Shown here: piece after piece, positions 27,567 to 37,056 of the stretch
Numbering within the stretch: the first letter of the stretch is position 1
Layout: each line of letters starts with the position of its first letter
Assembly: GCA_965601925.1 (NCBI GenBank)
Contig: OZ271854.1
Span: 3,424,001-3,488,000, forward strand
Source of the DNA: Alkalispirochaeta sp.
GTDB taxonomy: Bacteria > Spirochaetota > Spirochaetia > DSM-27196 > Alkalispirochaetaceae
Direction: 5' to 3'
DNA length: 64,000 bases
Translations under genes and position numbers: made by a program
The notes under the pieces: generated by a model
Databases searched by the model: none
The model's input: only the letters and a program-made list of their open reading frames with translations
Told to the model about the DNA's origin: nothing

Positions 27567-28526
27567 ATGGGGCGCTACATTGTGCGGCGGGTTCTTAACG
27601 CGATTCCTATTCTCATCGGTATCACGTTGTTGACGTTTCTCATTATGCAGTTAGCCCCCGGAAATCCGTTGCAGACGATGATCGATCCCAGGATTTCGCC
27701 GGAGGAGGTTGCGCGGGCCGAACGCAGTCTCGGGATGGATCGAGCGGCAATCGTTCAGTATTTCACGTGGTTGGGACAAATTCTCAAGGGTAATATGGGT
27801 TACACGGTGCGTACCGGACAACCGGTCGCGCGGCTCATTCTGGAGCGGCTGCCGGCGACGCTCTATTTGACGATTAGCGCCTTTGTCCTCAGTTTTACGC
27901 TCGGTGTGCCTTTGGGAGTCTACAGTGCGACCCACAAGTACTCCCTGGGAGATTACTCGCTCACCGTGTTCGCCTTTATCGGTATCTCGATCCCCTCGTT
28001 TTTCTTCGGTTTGGGACTCATCTTTCTCTTTGCCCTACGCGTGGGCGTGCTCCCGGCCGGCGGTATGTATACCATCGGCGCCAGGCTCACCGGCTGGGCG
28101 GCCTTCGTCGACCGGATCCGCCATCTCTTGCTGCCGGCGGTGGTACTGGCCCTGCCGAATCTCGCGACCGTCATGCGATTTACTCGTTCCAGTATGGTCG
28201 ACGTACTCAAGAACGACTACATACGTACCGCTCGCGCCAAAGGTGTCCGCGCGCGGGTGGTGCGCTACAAGCACGCCTTGCGCAACGCCCTCATTCCGGT
28301 AGTGACCGTCTTCGGCCTCTCGATTCCCTTTCTCTTCGGAGGCGCATATATCACCGAACAGATCTTCAACTGGCCCGGCATGGGGAGTCTGGGTATTCAG
28401 GCGATATTCTCGCGCGAGCATCCGATTCTGATGGGGCTCAATCTCATCACCGCCACGCTCGTCCTCGCCGGTAACCTCGTTGCCGACGTGTTGTACGCGG
28501 CGGTCGATCCGAGGATTCGGTACTAA
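27567..28526 (+). CDS. Peptide ABC permease (OppB/DppB type)
   Basis: DYIRTARAKG...KHALRNALIP, ITEQIFNWPGMG. Confidence 0.95.
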   Translation: MGRYIVRRVLNAIPILIGITLLTFLIMQLAPGNPLQTMIDPRISPEEVARAERSLGMDRAAIVQYFTWLGQILKGNMGYTVRTGQPVARLILERLPATLYLTISAFVLSFTLGVPLGVYSATHKYSLGDYSLTVFAFIGISIPSFFFGLGLIFLFALRVGVLPAGGMYTIGARLTGWAAFVDRIRHLLLPAVVLALPNLATVMRFTRSSMVDVLKNDYIRTARAKGVRARVVRYKHALRNALIPVVTVFGLSIPFLFGGAYITEQIFNWPGMGSLGIQAIFSREHPILMGLNLITATLVLAGNLVADVLYAAVDPRIRY

Positions 28527-28529
28527 GGA

Positions 28530-29450
28530 ATGGCGACGATGCACGAAACACCCGCCGCCGACCCCGATTACGAACTCGCCCCGGAGCCGTACGGATTCCA
28601 CGTATACGCGTGGCGTCGGTTCCGTAGGAACGGGCTTGCCGTCGGTGGGTTGGTATTTCTCGCATTGTTGATTCTGATTGCCGTAGCCGGCCCGGTGATC
28701 GCTCCCTACGATCCGTACATTTCGCTGCGTCAGGCGGACGGGTCCCTGAGCGTTCTGGCGCCACCCTCAGAGGAGCATCTACTGGGGACCGACAGCTTGG
28801 GGCGCGACGTCCTGAGCCGTATGATCTACGGCGGGCGCGTCTCTCTCAGCGTCGGATTCGTTGCGGTCGTGATCGCCGTCGGCATCGGTATGATTCTCGG
28901 CTCTCTCGCCGGGTACTACGGATCGTGGGTGGACGCGATAGTGATGCGCCTCGTAGATGTGATTATCTCTTTTCCGGTGTTGTTTCTCATCATCACCATC
29001 TCCACGTTGGTCCGTCCCAACGTGTACACCGCCATGGTCGTGATCGGTCTCGTGCAATGGACCAACACGGCGCGGCTGGTGCGGGGGGAGATCTTACGCG
29101 TCAGGGAGTACGAGTTTATAGAGGCGACACGCGCCCTCGGCGCGAAAGGCGGTCGGATCATCGCTCTGCATATCGTCCCGAGTATCATGGCGCCGGTGGT
29201 CGTCCAGGCGACGCTCCAAATTGCGCGCGCGATACTGACGGAGGCCTCCTTGAGTTTTCTCGGCGTCGGGGTGCAGCAGCCGGTGCCGAGCTGGGGCAAC
29301 ATGCTCAACGAGGCGATGAGTCTCACCGTGCTCGCGACCAAGGTATGGATATGGCTCCCGCCGGGACTTGCGATACTACTCACGGTGCTGAGCATTAACT
29401 TCGTCGGCGACGGTCTGCGCGACGCCCTCGACCCCAAGCAGGAACGGTGA
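28530..29450 (+). CDS. Peptide ABC permease (OppC/DppC type)
   Basis: HLLGTDSLGRDVLSR, EFIEATRALGA, PSWGNML, GDGLRDALDP. Confidence 0.95.
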   Translation: MATMHETPAADPDYELAPEPYGFHVYAWRRFRRNGLAVGGLVFLALLILIAVAGPVIAPYDPYISLRQADGSLSVLAPPSEEHLLGTDSLGRDVLSRMIYGGRVSLSVGFVAVVIAVGIGMILGSLAGYYGSWVDAIVMRLVDVIISFPVLFLIITISTLVRPNVYTAMVVIGLVQWTNTARLVRGEILRVREYEFIEATRALGAKGGRIIALHIVPSIMAPVVVQATLQIARAILTEASLSFLGVGVQQPVPSWGNMLNEAMSLTVLATKVWIWLPPGLAILLTVLSINFVGDGLRDALDPKQER

Positions 29451-29457
29451 GTCGGCT

Positions 29458-29790
29458 ATGAGTATGACGACGCGATGGGAACGATGCCTCGCCTTAGCGA
29501 CGGAGCAAGACGCCGACGCGGTGTTGGTAACCTCTGCCGAGAATCGGCGCTATCTCAGCGGATTTACCGGAAGCAACGGCGTGCTTTACATCTCACCGAC
29601 GCGACGACTGCTCGTTACCGACCGGCGATACGGTTATCAGGCGGAACGTGAGGCTCCGGGATGGGATGTCACACTACACGGTCTCGACCGCGAGCGCGAC
29701 GTGGCGTGCATCGTCGCCGCCGGTGTTCGCGCCGCGTATCCCCACGCGACGCCGGGCCCACGGCGCTCGGTGCGATGTCCGAGTTGGTAG
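29458..29790 (+). pseudogene. Truncated Xaa-Pro peptidase: creatinase/prolidase N-terminal domain only
   Basis: DAVLVTSAENRRYLSGFTGSNG..LVTDRRY..QA..E, then loss of recognisable sequence; no catalytic domain before oppD. Confidence 0.7.
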
Positions 29791-29815
29791 TCGAGCGATG
29801 AAAGGGAAGGCCGAA

Positions 29816-30805
29816 ATGCCGTGCGTACTCGAGGTCGACAATTTGCAAACGCAGTTTTTCTCCGACGATGGGACGATCACGGCGGTGGACTCCGTGTCAT
29901 TTCGTATGCACCGCGGAGAGACGCTCGGGATCGTCGGAGAGTCGGGGTGCGGCAAAAGCGCAACCTCCCTCTCGATCATGCGCCTCCTCCCCGAGCACTC
30001 GGGGAGGGTCACCGGCGGCCGCATTCTCTTGGGCGGGACCAATCTTCTGGACTTATCGGAGGAGGAGATGCGTACCGTCCGGGGCAATCGCATATCCATG
30101 ATCTTCCAAGAGCCGATGACGAGTCTCAATCCGGTCTACTCCGTGGGCGATCAAATCGAGGAGGCGATCTCCTCTCACGAGGATGTGAGTCGCAAGGAGG
30201 CCAGAGACAGAACCGTTGAGCTCCTGAGGATCGTGGGGATTCCCGCGCCCGAGCGGCGCCGCGCCTCGTATCCGTTCCAAATGAGCGGCGGTATGCGCCA
30301 GCGAGTGATGATCGCCATGGCGATGGCGTGTAACCCCGACGTCTTGATCGCCGACGAGCCGACCACGGCGCTGGACGTGACGATCCAAGCGCAAATTCTC
30401 GAGCTCATGCAACGAACCCAGGATGAGTTCGGTACGGCGATTCTCTTCATCACCCACGATCTGGGCGTCATTGCCGAGGTCGCCGACCGCGTGGCGGTGA
30501 TGTACGCCGGGCAAATCGTCGAGGCCGGGGGAGTAGAAGATATCTTCTACGCTCCGAAGCACCCCTACACACAGGGTCTCTTGAAGTCCATACCGACCGT
30601 CGAAGGGTCTGCGGAACGTTTGGAGACGATCGCCGGAACGGTGCCGAGTTCACGGCATGTGCCCGCCGGATGCCGCTTTCACCCGCGGTGCCCCCACGCA
30701 CGGGCGATGTGTCGTGACCGGATGCCCGACCAGATCGTCGTAGGAGACGAACATACCGCGCGGTGCCTTCAATACACGCACGCATGGAGGGGCACCGATG
30801 AATAA
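29816..30805 (+). CDS. Peptide ABC ATPase (OppD type)
   Basis: [31 protein letters not shown] tail; alternative start 29798. Confidence 0.95.
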   Translation: MPCVLEVDNLQTQFFSDDGTITAVDSVSFRMHRGETLGIVGESGCGKSATSLSIMRLLPEHSGRVTGGRILLGGTNLLDLSEEEMRTVRGNRISMIFQEPMTSLNPVYSVGDQIEEAISSHEDVSRKEARDRTVELLRIVGIPAPERRRASYPFQMSGGMRQRVMIAMAMACNPDVLIADEPTTALDVTIQAQILELMQRTQDEFGTAILFITHDLGVIAEVADRVAVMYAGQIVEAGGVEDIFYAPKHPYTQGLLKSIPTVEGSAERLETIAGTVPSSRHVPAGCRFHPRCPHARAMCRDRMPDQIVVGDEHTARCLQYTHAWRGTDE

Positions 30806-31802
30806 GTATCTTCTCCGCGTGGAGGAGCTCACAAAGTACTTCCCCGCAAAGAGGGGGCTTGCGATCGGGACGAGACCCGTGGTGCGCGCCGTCGACGGCG
30901 TGAGCTTGTCGATCCGCGCCGGCGAGACGCTCGGTCTGGTGGGCGAGTCGGGTTCCGGAAAGTCGACGCTGGGCCGTACCGTCCTACGCCTCTTGGAGCC
31001 GACCTCGGGACGCATCGAGTTCGACGGCTCGGACATCGTCCACATGGGGGGCGAGGAGCTCAGGCGATGGCGGCGGGAGGCGCAGATCATCTTCCAGGAC
31101 CCGTACGCCTCGCTGAATCCCCGTATGACCGTGGGACGAATCATATCCGAGGCCTTTGCCATACACGGTCTGTACCGCCGGTCCGAGCGCAATGAGCGCG
31201 TGCGGCAACTACTCGATGAGGTCGGTCTCCGGAGTGAACACGCCAAGCGGCATCCCCACGAGTTCTCCGGCGGACAGCGGCAGCGGATCGGGATCGCACG
31301 CGGAATCGCCTTGCATCCCCGATTTATCGTATGCGACGAGCCGGTCTCCGCCCTCGACGTCTCGATCCAAGCCCAAATCGTCAACCTTTTGAAGAGCTTA
31401 CAGCGGCGCCATGGGCTGTCGTATCTGTTCATCGCCCACGATCTCGGAGTCGTGCGCCACATTAGTGACCGTATCGCGGTGATGTATCTTGGAAAAGTCG
31501 TCGAGATCGCCGACCGAGACGAACTCATCGACCGCGCCTTGCACCCTTACACGCAAGCGCTTCTCTCGGCAATCCCGCGCCCGGAGCCCGGGAGGAGGCG
31601 AACGCGCGTCGTTCTCGCAGGTGATATTCCCTCGCCGGCCGACCCGCCCACCGGGTGTCGATTTCATACACGCTGCCCCCTCGCGACCGAGCGCTGCCGC
31701 ATCGAAGAGCCGGCCCTCACGGAGTATGCGCCGGGGCACGTCGCGGCGTGTCACTACGTAGAGGAACACGGGAGGCCCGACATACACGCGGTATCCGGTT
31801 GA
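30798..31802 (+). CDS. Peptide ABC ATPase (OppF type)
   Basis: [33 protein letters not shown]. Confidence 0.95.
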   Translation: MNKYLLRVEELTKYFPAKRGLAIGTRPVVRAVDGVSLSIRAGETLGLVGESGSGKSTLGRTVLRLLEPTSGRIEFDGSDIVHMGGEELRRWRREAQIIFQDPYASLNPRMTVGRIISEAFAIHGLYRRSERNERVRQLLDEVGLRSEHAKRHPHEFSGGQRQRIGIARGIALHPRFIVCDEPVSALDVSIQAQIVNLLKSLQRRHGLSYLFIAHDLGVVRHISDRIAVMYLGKVVEIADRDELIDRALHPYTQALLSAIPRPEPGRRRTRVVLAGDIPSPADPPTGCRFHTRCPLATERCRIEEPALTEYAPGHVAACHYVEEHGRPDIHAVSG

Positions 31803-31897
31803 GCGTTCCCGTCACGTTCGGAAGTTCTGCCGCACGACGATATCTCGACTAGGTATCTCGGAAAATGGGTGAGGATCTTGGATTACGGTGAGACGCG

Positions 31898-32064
31898 ATG
31901 ATTACGGTGAACGCCCTTTCGTATCGATACCGGACAACGGCGAGGATGCCGTACGCGATCTATCGTTCTCGATTCCGCGGTCACACGTGTTCGGATTTCT
32001 CGGACCGGGCGACAGCGGTACAAGCACGACGCAGAACATACTCATGGGCCGGCCCCTCGAATGA
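31898..32064 (+). pseudogene. Decayed 5' fragment of an ABC exporter ATPase
   Basis: MITVNALSYRY, then after a frameshift DNGEDAVRDLSFSIPRSHVFGFLGPGDSGTSTTQNILMG (degenerate Walker A); stop at 32064. Confidence 0.65.
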
Positions 32065-32203
32065 GATTCTTTGCGAGGCCCCTGGTAGGGGACGTACGAT
32101 TTGCGTGGCGACACGGATTCTATCTCATCTATGGTGTCGTCTCGGTGGAAAAGCGAAGATGAAGGGAGAAACACGGCTCGGCGTCGAATGGCGGCGTAGA
32201 ATG

Positions 32204-32231
32204 AAAAAGACCGCCGGTAGCGGTCTTTTTT
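32204..32231. terminator. Bidirectional intrinsic terminator directly downstream of the tRNA
   Basis: AAAAAGACCGC-cggta-GCGGTCTTTTTT. Confidence 0.8.
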
Positions 32232-32232
32232 C

Positions 32233-32304
32233 TGGGCGTAACTGGATTTGAACCAGTGACTTCTACCGTGTGAAGGTAGCACTCTCCCGCTGAGTTATAC
32301 GCCC
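32233..32304 (-). tRNA. tRNA-Val (anticodon CAC), CCA not encoded
   Basis: GGGCGTA acceptor stem, anticodon arm CTACC-TTCACAC-GGTAG, T arm CTGG-TTCAAAT-CCAG, 3' TACGCCCA. Confidence 0.95.
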
Positions 32305-32397
32305 AACGTAGTGGGGACTATACCGCGACGCTCGGATTTTCTGCAAGCCCTTCACCAATTGTGGATGTATTGATATGTTTGAACATCAGGAGTATGA

Positions 32398-32922
32398 ATG
32401 CCGACGGATGTTGGAATGTATTTCTGGCGGAAGGGCGACGAGCTGTTTCTATTCGTCTCCGGTCGCATAACCGCCACGGAAGCGTATTCGATGTATCATC
32501 ACGTCGCGGAGTGGATTGAGCACAATCCGTGTCGTTCGATTTTCGTCGATTTGGATCGTACCGATTATATGGATAGCACCACGATCGGTACGCTTATCAG
32601 ACTCCATAAACAGCAACATGCGGCGGGTGGTGAGTTTTTTCTCTGCAACCTCTCTCCCGCCGTAGCCGAGATCATCGAAAAGACCAAGCTCAATCGATAT
32701 TTTTCGATCATCGAGAACGAAGTGCTGCACAATCTGGAAGATGAGTTTCTCAAAAAGCTCCCCGACCATGACGGCGGCGATGTCGACAGCTCCTTCGTAC
32801 TCGACGCGCACAACGACATATGCAAGGTGCGCCCGGAGCTGACGCCGCAGTTTGAGGTGCTTCTTGGCGTCCTCCGCCGACAGGTGTCGGAAGAAAAGGG
32901 ACGGTCGCATAAACCTATCTAA
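32398..32922 (+). CDS. STAS domain protein (anti-anti-sigma-like) with C-terminal extension
   Basis: FVDLDRTDYMDSTTIGTL; SD AGGAG. Confidence 0.85.
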   Translation: MPTDVGMYFWRKGDELFLFVSGRITATEAYSMYHHVAEWIEHNPCRSIFVDLDRTDYMDSTTIGTLIRLHKQQHAAGGEFFLCNLSPAVAEIIEKTKLNRYFSIIENEVLHNLEDEFLKKLPDHDGGDVDSSFVLDAHNDICKVRPELTPQFEVLLGVLRRQVSEEKGRSHKPI

Positions 32923-32935
32923 CGTTTGTTAGTGT

Positions 32936-32965
32936 TTGACGATCTTTTCATGAGAACGGTACCTT
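32936..32965 (+). promoter_or_regulatory. Sigma70-type promoter for the ribA cluster, probably leaderless
   Basis: TTGACG-18 nt-TACCTT-7 nt-ATG 32973; no SD. Confidence 0.55.
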
Positions 32966-32972
32966 TCGATCA

Positions 32973-33617
32973 ATGGCAACTCAACTGGTAGAACGAATAT
33001 CCTGCGCTCGTATTCCCAACAAGTACGGTGAATTTCAGCTCTGTCTCTACGCCAACACGGTAGACGAGAAAGAGCATCTCGCCTTCTCCATGGGCGAAGT
33101 CGAGGATCACGACGATGTGTTGGTACGGGTACACAGCGAGTGTTTTACCGGCGATGTCCTGGGATCTCAGCGATGCGACTGCGGCGAGCAGCTCGATCGT
33201 TCCATGGAACTGATCGCCGCGGAAGGGCGCGGGGTACTCGTGTACATGCGCCAAGAGGGGCGCGGTATCGGTCTTGCGGAGAAGCTGCGCGCGTATGTAC
33301 TGCAGGATGACGGGCACGATACCGTGGACGCCAACCTTATGCTCGGGCATCAAGCCGATGCGCGAGACTATACCGTCGCGGCGCTCATTCTCGCCGATCT
33401 TGGGGTGCGATCCGTACGCCTTTTGACGAACAACCCGACGAAGATCGACGATCTGTCTCGCCTCGGAGTCCGTGTTACCAGCCGTGTGCCGATCGAGCCG
33501 CGGGAAGTGAATAGTAACAACCGCCGATATCTCCTCACGAAAATAAACAGAATGAACCACCTCATGGATCTCGGATTGCCGGTGGCGGGAGGTCGCCCCT
33601 TTGGGCGAGCCAACTGA
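32973..33617 (+). CDS. ribA: Stand-alone GTP cyclohydrolase II
   Basis: VRVHSECFTGD..GSQRCDCGEQL, QEGRGIGL, LLTNNP.K. Confidence 0.95.
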   Translation: MATQLVERISCARIPNKYGEFQLCLYANTVDEKEHLAFSMGEVEDHDDVLVRVHSECFTGDVLGSQRCDCGEQLDRSMELIAAEGRGVLVYMRQEGRGIGLAEKLRAYVLQDDGHDTVDANLMLGHQADARDYTVAALILADLGVRSVRLLTNNPTKIDDLSRLGVRVTSRVPIEPREVNSNNRRYLLTKINRMNHLMDLGLPVAGGRPFGRAN

Positions 33618-34383
33618 CCCGGCGTATCGCGAGACCGACCGCGTTATCGCCGACGCCGCGAAGACTGCTTCTGCGCGCGCGCTTCCTTGGGTTACCCTAT
33701 CGTGGGCTCAGACGATCGACGGGTCCATTGCCGAGAGTAGGGGAGTGCGCACCGCGTTATCGGGACCGGAGTCAATGCGCTACACGCACTATCTCAGGTC
33801 GCGTCACGACGCAATCCTCGTGGGGGTCGGTACGGTGATCGCCGACGATCCGCGCTTGAATACGCGTCTGGTAGCGGGGCGGAGCCCACGCGCCGTCGTG
33901 TTGGATTCGCGGCTGCGGTGTCCGGTTGACTCGCGTATATTGACCACGGCGAGGGACGAGAGCCGGGACGGTCCGGTGATCGCGTACGTCGCCGACGGAG
34001 CCGACGCATCACTCGATGATCGCCGACGCCTGTTGGAAGAGCGCGGTGCGACGGTCGTCGCCGTCTCGGGAGCCGATGGCGGCGCGGTAGAGTTACCGCA
34101 CCTTCTTACGGTACTCGCACGCGAAGGCGTAGCGACGCTCATGGTAGAGGGGGGCGCTCGCGTTCTCTCTTCATTCTTGGCCGCCGGCCTTGCAGACTGC
34201 GTGGCGATCACCATCGCAATGCGACTGCTCCAAGGGTATCGCCTGTGCGGTGAAGAACGCGAGGGGCGACATACTCCGGCGTGGAGCGTGAGCGTCTCCG
34301 ATACGCGCCGCTTTCCACTCGGAGACGACCTTCTGATACTGGGGCGACCGCGCCCCGACTCGGAGGGGAGCTCAGGCGAATGA
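33601..34383 (+). CDS. RibD C-terminal-type pyrimidine reductase (no deaminase domain)
   Basis: WAQTIDGSIA, LRSRHDAILVGVGTVIADDPRLN, LMVEGGA. Confidence 0.88.
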   Translation: MGEPTDPAYRETDRVIADAAKTASARALPWVTLSWAQTIDGSIAESRGVRTALSGPESMRYTHYLRSRHDAILVGVGTVIADDPRLNTRLVAGRSPRAVVLDSRLRCPVDSRILTTARDESRDGPVIAYVADGADASLDDRRRLLEERGATVVAVSGADGGAVELPHLLTVLAREGVATLMVEGGARVLSSFLAAGLADCVAITIAMRLLQGYRLCGEEREGRHTPAWSVSVSDTRRFPLGDDLLILGRPRPDSEGSSGE

Positions 34384-35444
34384 TGCGACGGCGACGCGCA
34401 TTCCAAATCGATGCACCGCAACGGTCGCGGGTGGTATCCGAGGCGGTCGGTACGCCGGAACCGGGAGAGGTCGTCATCGAGGCCGAGTGGGGTGCGGTGA
34501 GTACCGGGAGCGAGCTCCTCGTCTATCGCGGAGATCTGCCCGCCGGGCTCTCGGTGGACGATACGCTCCCGGCGTTGCGGGGAGAACGGGCCTATCCGCT
34601 ACGCTACGGATACACCCTCGTAGGGCGCGTCGTCGCGTGCGGCGACGACCTCGATGCGAGCCGATGGCGCGACCGGCGCGTGTTCGCCTTTCACCCCCAC
34701 GCCTCGTACGCTCGAGTCGGCGTTGAAACGGTCCTCGTTGTGCCGGACGCCGTTGAGGCGGAGTACGCCCCGCTGTATGCCAATACCGAGACCGCCCTTT
34801 CCCTCGCGTGGGACGGCGCGCCGGCGGCGGGCGAAACGATTCTCGTCCTCGGACTGGGAATCGTCGGCATGCTCCTTACCGCGCTAACGTCCCGACAGGT
34901 TCCGGGGCTCCTGGTGGCCGTAGAGCCGGACGCGGCGCGGAGGAGGTGGGCGGAACGATTTCTCCGGTCCGATGATAGGGCTCCGGTGCGCCTCTGTTCC
35001 TCCGTCGATGAAGCGATGCAGACACTCGAACGGTACGCGGGGCGATATCGTGGAACGTACCGCGGGTTCGATCTCGTCTACGAAGTGAGCGGACGCCCCG
35101 AGGTGCTGGACGATGCCGTCGCCTCGGCAGCATTCGGCGCTCGGGTGGTCGTCGGGTCGTGGTACGGCTCGCGTGCGAGTGAGCTCTCATTGGGAGGACG
35201 GTTCCATCGTAGCCGAGTGCGTATCATCTCGAGTCAAGTCAGCACCATTCCCCTCGGGATGGCGGCGCGCTTCGACTACGAACGGAGAACGCAGGCCGTA
35301 TGGTCGTTTCTCCCGCGTCTCGCTCTCGATCGGTTGGCGCGCCGCGTCGTCGGTCTCGGAGACCTCCCGGCACTGTTCGACCGACTCGCCGACGGCGAAC
35401 GTCCGGAGCCGTGGATAGCCGTCGACTACCGACTCAATACATAA
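34380..35444 (+). CDS. MDR-superfamily dehydrogenase lacking canonical Zn ligands
   Basis: AVSTGSE, YPLRYGY, VFAFHPH, Rossmann GLGIVG, GSWYG, FHRSRVRIISSQV. Confidence 0.85.
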   Translation: MMRRRRAFQIDAPQRSRVVSEAVGTPEPGEVVIEAEWGAVSTGSELLVYRGDLPAGLSVDDTLPALRGERAYPLRYGYTLVGRVVACGDDLDASRWRDRRVFAFHPHASYARVGVETVLVVPDAVEAEYAPLYANTETALSLAWDGAPAAGETILVLGLGIVGMLLTALTSRQVPGLLVAVEPDAARRRWAERFLRSDDRAPVRLCSSVDEAMQTLERYAGRYRGTYRGFDLVYEVSGRPEVLDDAVASAAFGARVVVGSWYGSRASELSLGGRFHRSRVRIISSQVSTIPLGMAARFDYERRTQAVWSFLPRLALDRLARRVVGLGDLPALFDRLADGERPEPWIAVDYRLNT

Positions 35445-35467
35445 CGAACCAAAAAAAGGGGATGCCT

Positions 35468-35866
35468 ATGGAAGGAAGATACAGCGTCACGGTGATTAGG
35501 GACTTCGTAGCTCAGCATCACCTTATAGGCGGCGATTGGGGCGCGGAGAACCAGCCCCACTCCCACCACTACCGAATCGAGCTGACCCTCGCCGGGGGCC
35601 ACCTCGACCGGCACAACTATATGGTCGATATCGTCGATATCGAAAAGACGCTGGACGCTTTCGTTACGCGGTATCGCGATACGAGCCTCAACGACGCGCC
35701 CGCGTTCGCGGACACCAATCCGAGCCTCGAGCTCTTCTGCCGCGTAGCGTGGGACGAGATCGTTCCGGCACTGGGAGCACAAACGGTGGACGAGGCGACC
35801 GTTACCATGTGGGAACACGATACGGCAAGGGCGAGCTATACCGCCGCGCCGTCGCCCGCTCGGTGA
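35468..35866 (+). CDS. PTPS/QueD (COG0720) T-fold family protein, non-canonical motif
   Basis: FVAQH..ENQPHSHHY, VDI, LND..F...NPSLE, WEHD. Confidence 0.85.
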   Translation: MEGRYSVTVIRDFVAQHHLIGGDWGAENQPHSHHYRIELTLAGGHLDRHNYMVDIVDIEKTLDAFVTRYRDTSLNDAPAFADTNPSLELFCRVAWDEIVPALGAQTVDEATVTMWEHDTARASYTAAPSPAR

Positions 35867-35915
35867 GACGCACGGCTCCCCGACGCCTTCGGCGTAGCGC
35901 GTCCGGTATGCACGT

Positions 35916-37046
35916 ATGAAGGTCGGAATCGTTCTATTCGGCGATCTCACCGAGCCCTCCGGCGGATATGTGTACGATCGTCACGCCGTTGAGGCGCTCA
36001 CCCGCGCGGGCCACGAGGTGACGATCGTCTCTCAACCGGCGGGATTGACGTACCGTGAACAGCGTCGCCTCGGCCGTCGCGAGGCGGCACACCTCACCGA
36101 CGGTGTCTGCGAGCGCATCGTCGAGCAGGCCTTTGACATGTTGATCATCGACGAGCTGAACCACGCCGCGACACAGCCGTGGCTACGCACGCTGCGTCGC
36201 CGCGTGAGCGACACGCCGATCGTGGCACTCGTGCACCACCTCCGCGCCGACGAGGGGCTCTCGCGGCGGTGGAGCCGCGGCGTGGAGGCGCGTTTCCTGC
36301 GGTGCTGTGACGCGTGGTTGTGCAACAGCACCGTAACGCTCCGCCGCGTATACGCAACCGCAGGGACGGTTCGTGCCTCGGGTGTCTCGTTCCCCGGTGT
36401 CGGCGAGGCGGGATACACGGAAGGTCCGGGAGCTTCGTTACGGAACGACTCGGCCCTTCGCGGAGGACGAGAGCTTGAAGAGGGAGCCTTACGCCTCCTG
36501 TTTGTCGGGACGCTTATACCCCGCAAAAACCTAACCGTTCTTCTCCGAGCCGTCGCCCGCGTCCCCGACGTGACACTCCGCATTGTCGGCGATACGACGC
36601 ACGACCGCCGGTACACGGGGCGCGTTACGCGCCTCATCCGCCGTCTGGGCCTTGCTCGGCGTGCGACGCTCTGCGGGAGACTCGACTCGCGCCGCCTCGT
36701 CGCGGCGTATCGGTGGGCAGATCTCTTTGCGGCACCGTCGCGATACGAGGGTTTCGGTATCGTTTATCTGGAAGCGATGGCGCACGGCCTACCGGTTATC
36801 GCCTCGCGCGCCGGAGGCGCCAAGGACTTAGTGACTCACGGACGCGACGGGTTTCTCGTACCTCCATCTTCGCCGCGCGCTATTGCCGCAACGCTGAAAC
36901 GTCTCTGTGCCGATAGAGCGTCGGTCGCGCAGTTGGGCAAGGCCGCCGGTCGCCGCGCAGCGCGTCACGAATCGTGGGAGCGAAGCATGGACGGGGCGGT
37001 ACGTTTCCTGGAAGATGTGCGCGCCCAATTTCGGCGAACGGTCTAA
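35916..37046 (+). CDS. Glycosyltransferase family 4
   Basis: SGGYVYDR, FVGTLIPRKN, PSRYEGFGIVYLEAMAHGLPVI. Confidence 0.92.
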   Translation: MKVGIVLFGDLTEPSGGYVYDRHAVEALTRAGHEVTIVSQPAGLTYREQRRLGRREAAHLTDGVCERIVEQAFDMLIIDELNHAATQPWLRTLRRRVSDTPIVALVHHLRADEGLSRRWSRGVEARFLRCCDAWLCNSTVTLRRVYATAGTVRASGVSFPGVGEAGYTEGPGASLRNDSALRGGRELEEGALRLLFVGTLIPRKNLTVLLRAVARVPDVTLRIVGDTTHDRRYTGRVTRLIRRLGLARRATLCGRLDSRRLVAAYRWADLFAAPSRYEGFGIVYLEAMAHGLPVIASRAGGAKDLVTHGRDGFLVPPSSPRAIAATLKRLCADRASVAQLGKAAGRRAARHESWERSMDGAVRFLEDVRAQFRRTV

Positions 37047-37056
37047 GGCGTCACCC

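Noticed and set aside
17929..32304. tRNA-anchored integrative island carrying the peptide operon
   Set aside because: No integrase seen, no duplicated tRNA 3' end noticed by eye, and composition looks like the flanks.
32973..34383. Canonical riboflavin operon
   Set aside because: No deaminase, ribB, ribE or ribH in the cluster and no FMN riboswitch; the genes are coupled to unrelated enzymes.
35468..35866. queD
   Set aside because: Lacks the C-x3-HGH motif and has no queC/E/F neighbours.
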